From a virus: DNA of 64,000 nucleotides. Position 1 is the stretch's first letter. Every line of letters starts with the position of its first letter. Both the position numbers and the translations under genes were made by a program. Below the pieces are notes generated by a model that was not told where the DNA came from, ran no database searches, and was given only the letters and a program-made list of their open reading frames with translations. This document shows positions 12,501 to 18,500 of the stretch, in pieces. The DNA lies in the IMG/VR virus record IMGVR_UViG_3300042389_001478, positions 64,001 through 128,000 of that record; one strand, written 5' to 3'.

Positions 12501-15500
12501 TGGTCAAGACTATCTTAATGAGAACGACCCTGCTACTACTCCAAATGAAAGAGCAGAATTCTTAGCATCTAATTTCGATGGTGCTTTATATACTACAGCA
12601 ACAGAAGCCCACAGACAACTTGGCGGATTAGCAAACTTTGGAGATATTCCTAATAGAGAATGGCTTATGGCTAGAGGTCAGGCAAAGATGCCCGATATGA
12701 AACCAGTAGTTAAACTTGCTACTGGTGGTATGGTTTATGCGTCTAATGGACAGTATGTTAATTTCCAACCAAGAGGAACTGATACTGTTCCTGCAATGTT
12801 AACGCCAGGAGAGTTCGTTGTTAATCGAAGTGCTACTCAACAAAATCTTCCGCTACTAAGAGCAATTAATAATGGAGCTGATGCTTATAGTATGGGCGGT
12901 GTAGTTTACGCTGCTGGAGGATTTGATCCTTCTCGAATGGCCCAAGGAGCATATCCGTCACAAAGTACTAGTCCTAAGCCATCAATGTGGAGTAGAATGT
13001 TTGGTGCTAGAAATCCTGGAGCTTTTAGACCACGCGGTATGTTTCCAACTTTTGGTGGTGCCGTCGGACATATGGAAAATGGGCTACACAAAGCTTTTGT
13101 TAGAACATCTGGATGGGCTGGTAGGCAGGTCGGAGATGTGGGGAGAGCATTTGGTAACATTGGACATGCTCCGATCAGACCAACTGCTATCCTTAATCAA
13201 TTAACCCAATGGCAGGCTGCGCAACAAGGGGCAATGTTTCCTGCCAGCACAAGTGGTGCTGCTTACCAGAGAATGCAGCAAAATGTACTTAAACAGCTGG
13301 CACAGTACAGTTCGGCTGCAACAAATTATAATGCTAGCAATACCCTATTAGCCAGAGCAGGAAGAGGAGCAACTAGTTTAGCCACTAAGGCCGTTGGAGG
13401 TACAGCAGCTTTCAACTCTGGAATTAATATATTGACTGAAGGATCAAGCGCTCTATATGGTTTTGGTAATGCTGCTTTAGGAGGACGTAATACATATGTA
13501 GATAGTAGACGAGAACAAGCTGCTCAAACCAATAATACTATTTTAGGAGGAGCAGCTACAGGATTTATGTCTCCAATTACCACTATGGCCCAGATGGGTT
13601 TTACTGTTGCTGAACTTAATGAAACTAGGAGAAGAGCTAGTAAAGGAGAAAGTTTAAATAGTGAAGGACGAAAGATATCTGTATCAAACATTGCTAATAG
13701 ACAATATTCTGGAGATGAAAGACATTTATCTGGATTAACAGCAGTAGAAGCTACTTATATTAGACAGATCATAAATTTAGAAAAAGCTTTAGCCAAAGAA
13801 AAAGTTGGGACTAAACGGTACGACCAGCTACAACAAAATTTAAATGATGCAAAATCTAGAAATGTTACAGAAAAAACTCGTGGTATGCTATGGGGTACCA
13901 CAAAAACTACTAGCAGAAAGGCCGGTCTTAGTAGTGGTGACGACGTATTAGACAAAGCTATTGATCAACATAGAGAATATGAGGTTAGATTAGAAGCACA
14001 AAGAGTTGCTCAGGCAGCTGCAGAAAAAGCAGAAGAAGCTAGACTAAAAGCTCAACAACAACAAGCTGAAGCTCAAAATAGAACAAGAGCTGCTGTTACG
14101 GTAGTGTCTAATGCTGGACAAGCAGCTTATAATTTTGGGGTCTCTATGTTTAATAAATTCAAAGAAGATAGAAAGAATGCTATAAATGCTGATAGATCTA
14201 AGAGAACAGCAGCAGCATCTCAGTATTTAGATAAGCCCGCAGTGCCAGATCTAATTAAAGATAGTCAAACTTTCAGAGACGAAAGACAAGCTGCTATCGA
14301 TGAAGTTCGTCGTTTGGATGGGGTTTATCAACAAGAGTCACAGCTAAATAAAAATAGAGGAGATAGCGAAGCAGAACTTAAACGATTAAAGGATTCATAC
14401 GACAAAGAACGAGAAGCCGCACTAGCAGCTGTTGCTAAAGTTGATAGTAAAATTATTGACAGAAATAAAGAAGCAGAAAAACTCAGCCCAGACGAAAGAC
14501 AAGCAGCATGGAAGTCATACAATGATAATCAAGCTAAAACAGCCAAAGATGAAGCATTAGCTCAAGCAAGATACCAAAGTAGAGTTGCTAAAACACAACT
14601 TAAAAAACAGGCCGACGGTCAATTGGCCATAGCAGAAATTACTAGAGTACCCAGACCAACAAAAGATATGAACCCTGAATCATTCTTTAGATGGTCAGAA
14701 AATGCTCGTAAGACATTAAATAGAAAATTCAAGCTGAGCGGAAATGATGAAAAAGACATGGCTATTTTAAGTGCTGCTGGATTATCTCCAGAAATAGCTA
14801 AAGAAGTTATCCAGCCTATCTCTAAAGAGAATAGCTCACTATTATTAGAAATGATGTCAACTAGCGGTAAATATAGTAAACAAGAACTAGGACTATTACA
14901 GCTTAGTGGAGATCAAATAGAACAGTTAACTAGAGCTAGCTCTGGTATGGGTGGCTCAGCCACCGCACAAATGACACTAGACGAAAGAAACAAAGTTCTG
15001 AAAAAACAAAGGGGCTTGGCAGTTAAAACTCAAAAGCAATTGAGTAGAATTGAAAAACAAATTGAGGCTGCTGAAAGACTTGGCCCAGAAGGAAGAATAC
15101 GTCGTCAATCCGCTATTCAACAACAACTATTAAGACAAGGATTAGTATCAGCATCTCAAGATGGTCCTGCTAATCAAGCTAGACTAGAACAATTAGGAAT
15201 GAATAAGGAAAGAGTTGGTTTCATATTCCAACAGCAAGGAAATCAACAAGGTGCTCCAGCAAATGGTATGAGTAACGGAGGAGTGGTTTATGCTGCTGGC
15301 GGAACATTGATTCCATATTCTCCAAGAGGAACCGACACTGTTCCTGCTATGCTAACGCCCGGAGAATTTGTTGTTAATGCTAAGGCCACAAGTCAAAATC
15401 TTCCATTGTTACAAAGTATTAATAAAAGTAGTGGAGGGGTAATTTATCGAGCGGAGGGTGGCGGAAGTGACGCTTTCTCTAACAGACAGCCGACCTCATC

Positions 15501-18500
15501 TGCAGAAAAATCAGGATCGATTAGAGCAACAGAATTAAATACTAGACTACAACAACAAATAGCTAATAATACAAAAAATACAGCCGATACTGTTCCAACT
15601 ATAGCAAAAATTACTAGTGAAACAGCAAATAAGCAAATACCGACATTATCTAATAAAACATCATCATTAGAACAAAATAATGCTAAGGCTTTTTCCAACA
15701 TAAATACAAAAGCTACAGATATTAATAAAATAACTTCAACTATTCCACAATTTGACAAAACAGCAAATGAAAAATTAGATGAATTATTAAGAAGAACTGA
15801 AGGGTTGCCAGAGACAGTTGCACAAATTGTTACTTTGATTATTGGGGATATACAACAGAGACAGCCTGGAGGTAATTTTGCAGGATTTGGGTTGAATCAA
15901 GGCCCTAATGCAATACAAGCAATAAATGATGCTATTAGAAATAGGTTTGATAATATTCTTAATGCTGCCGCTTTACAGATGGGCAGGGGCTTTAGTAGTG
16001 GAGGTATGGTCTATGCTTCAAATGGAATGATGATTCCTTATGAACCTAGAGGTACTGATACTGTTCCGGCGATGCTAACTCCGGGTGAGTTTGTGGTGAA
16101 CAGAGTTGCTACCCAAGCCAATTTACCTTTATTACAAGCTATTAATAAGAGTAAAGGTGGGAATATCAAAAAGCTTGCTGAGGGTGGAGTAGTTTATGCT
16201 GCTACTGGCGGAACAATGCCAACTAAACCAGACGGTTCTGCTGATACTAATTTTGATGCTCGCAAAGCTCAACGAAAAGCATCTTTAGAGAGACAGATTC
16301 GAACACAGGAAGAAAAAGAATTTAAGAAATTAGGTATCTTATACAATGATACCACAGACAAAGAAGATATCATACAAGCTCTTAAAAAACAAACTCAGCC
16401 TTATCCTTATCCTTTAAATATTGATTATTATCTAAGACAATTTAGTAGGGATAAAGCATTTGACATAGACCTAAAAAGATTTCCAAGAATTAGCGAAGCG
16501 GCAAAATCAATCTTAGCCAAACAAGAACAACCAAAAGCTAATCCTTTTGATATGGGTCAGCAACCAGCAGCAACTCCACAATCACTCTCAAGAGGTGGAG
16601 TAGTTTATGCTTCTGGTGGCGGAGAGATGACAAAAATTCCAGAGCCACCAATAGCTATGCCATTCGGATTTGCTCCACAAAAGGGATTTGCTGTTCCTTT
16701 GGATAAAACTAAGGCCATACAAGCACATCAACAATCAGAAAAATACCCTGATCCTTTTACTCCAGAAGCTGATAGGGCCTGGAGACAATTTGACTTGAGT
16801 CCAGTAGAAAGTATGGCGGATGATGCTCATGAATTTTTACAAGAAAAATTAGGAGGAAACAAACAAATTCCCCTTAATGGTCCACCCATGCCATTTGGTG
16901 TCGGTCCTAGAGCTAGGCATATGGATAACACTGTTGCTGGACAACTTCAAGGATTGTATTATTCGTTAATACCTGATAATACCAAAGGTGGTCAGGGTTT
17001 AGAAAATTATTTAGACCAATATAAAAATCATTTTGCTCCAAACGCACCATATGGGGCTCAGCCGATCTTACCAAATAAAGATTCGTTGATGCCTCAAATG
17101 AAAGCTAAGGGTGGAGTAGTTTATGCTCAAGAAGGATTTGATCCATCAAGACCATTAAATCCTATGATGAATCGTCAAGGAAAGGGTTCAGCTTCCACAT
17201 TAACCTCATCTCCAATTAGTAATTTTAATAATGAGAAGTTAGCTGAAGAAGGTAAAGCTTTTATGTACGGAGCTGCTAAGTCCGTACTTCCAGGTTTAGC
17301 TGGTTTGGGTGCTGGACTTTTAGGACTACCCACCACGGGTCCTGGTGGATTTGCTATTGGCTTAGGAGCAGGGACCGCAGTATATCAAGCTCAAGAAAAT
17401 TATTTGAATGCTTTTGCTCCAGAAACAAATAGACAGATGAAAGATATCACCGAGGAGCACTGGCAGGCTTCATTATTGGGATCTATAGCTAGTGGTTTTG
17501 GTGTTGATAAGGCGGGTCGTAAGCTACTCTCTCCTTTTATGAAAAATACTCTCAGAATGCCCGCCACACTTCCTAATAATAATGCTTCTGTAAGACCAGA
17601 TATTAAGAGTGCTAGTCAAGAAGCTATGGAGGAATTTTCTTTAAGAAGTAGACCAGCAGCTAGCGCCCCATTAGATGTACCAAAAGCTGATAAAGCTTTA
17701 CCGCTTCTTCGTAGTCTAGAAGAAAAGGGTGTTATAAAAACTACTCAATCATCATCAACATCTAAATTTAACAGTGATAACAGACGAGACCTATATCAGA
17801 TTGATCAAATTTTATATCACGGCACAGGACATACTATAGATGATATAGATCCATCCAAAGGCGGAGGTATATTAGGCGGTGGTTTCTATACTGGATTTGA
17901 AGGTCACGAAGGAATCGCTGCAAGATTTGCAGCAATGGGTAAAGCAAATAAGCATGTGTATCCAGTAAGAGTCAGTGGTGGTATAGGTGATTTTCCTGAG
18001 GCTACAGAAACTCTTGGCGGTAACTCTAAAATTTTATCAGTCATAGAAAAATTATTTACTGAACAGAACTTATCTAGACAAACTCGTCAGTTCTCAGGCA
18101 AATGGGGGAAAACAGGTCCTATTTATGACAACGTAGATTTAAATCTGAAAGACATGACATTCAAAGACGTTGTTGATTTGCTTAAGAATAGATATTCTGA
18201 AACCATAAAGAAAACTCTAGAGCAAGAAAATGGTATTTCTTTATCAAAAATATCGCCTCAAGAAATTGCTACAAGAGCAGATAAATTAGGTGAAGAACAG
18301 GTAAGACAACTATTGGTTAAAGCTGGTATACCAGGAGCCAAAGATACAACAGGAAAATTATCGGGTACTGGCGAACCTATGGTCTCCATATATGATCAAA
18401 GCAGGCTAAGCAAAGAAGGAAAACCTTTTGTTCCAAATAGTTTGAAACCCCAGATGAAAGCCAATGGTGGTGTAATTTATGCTCAAGATGGTATGAGAAT

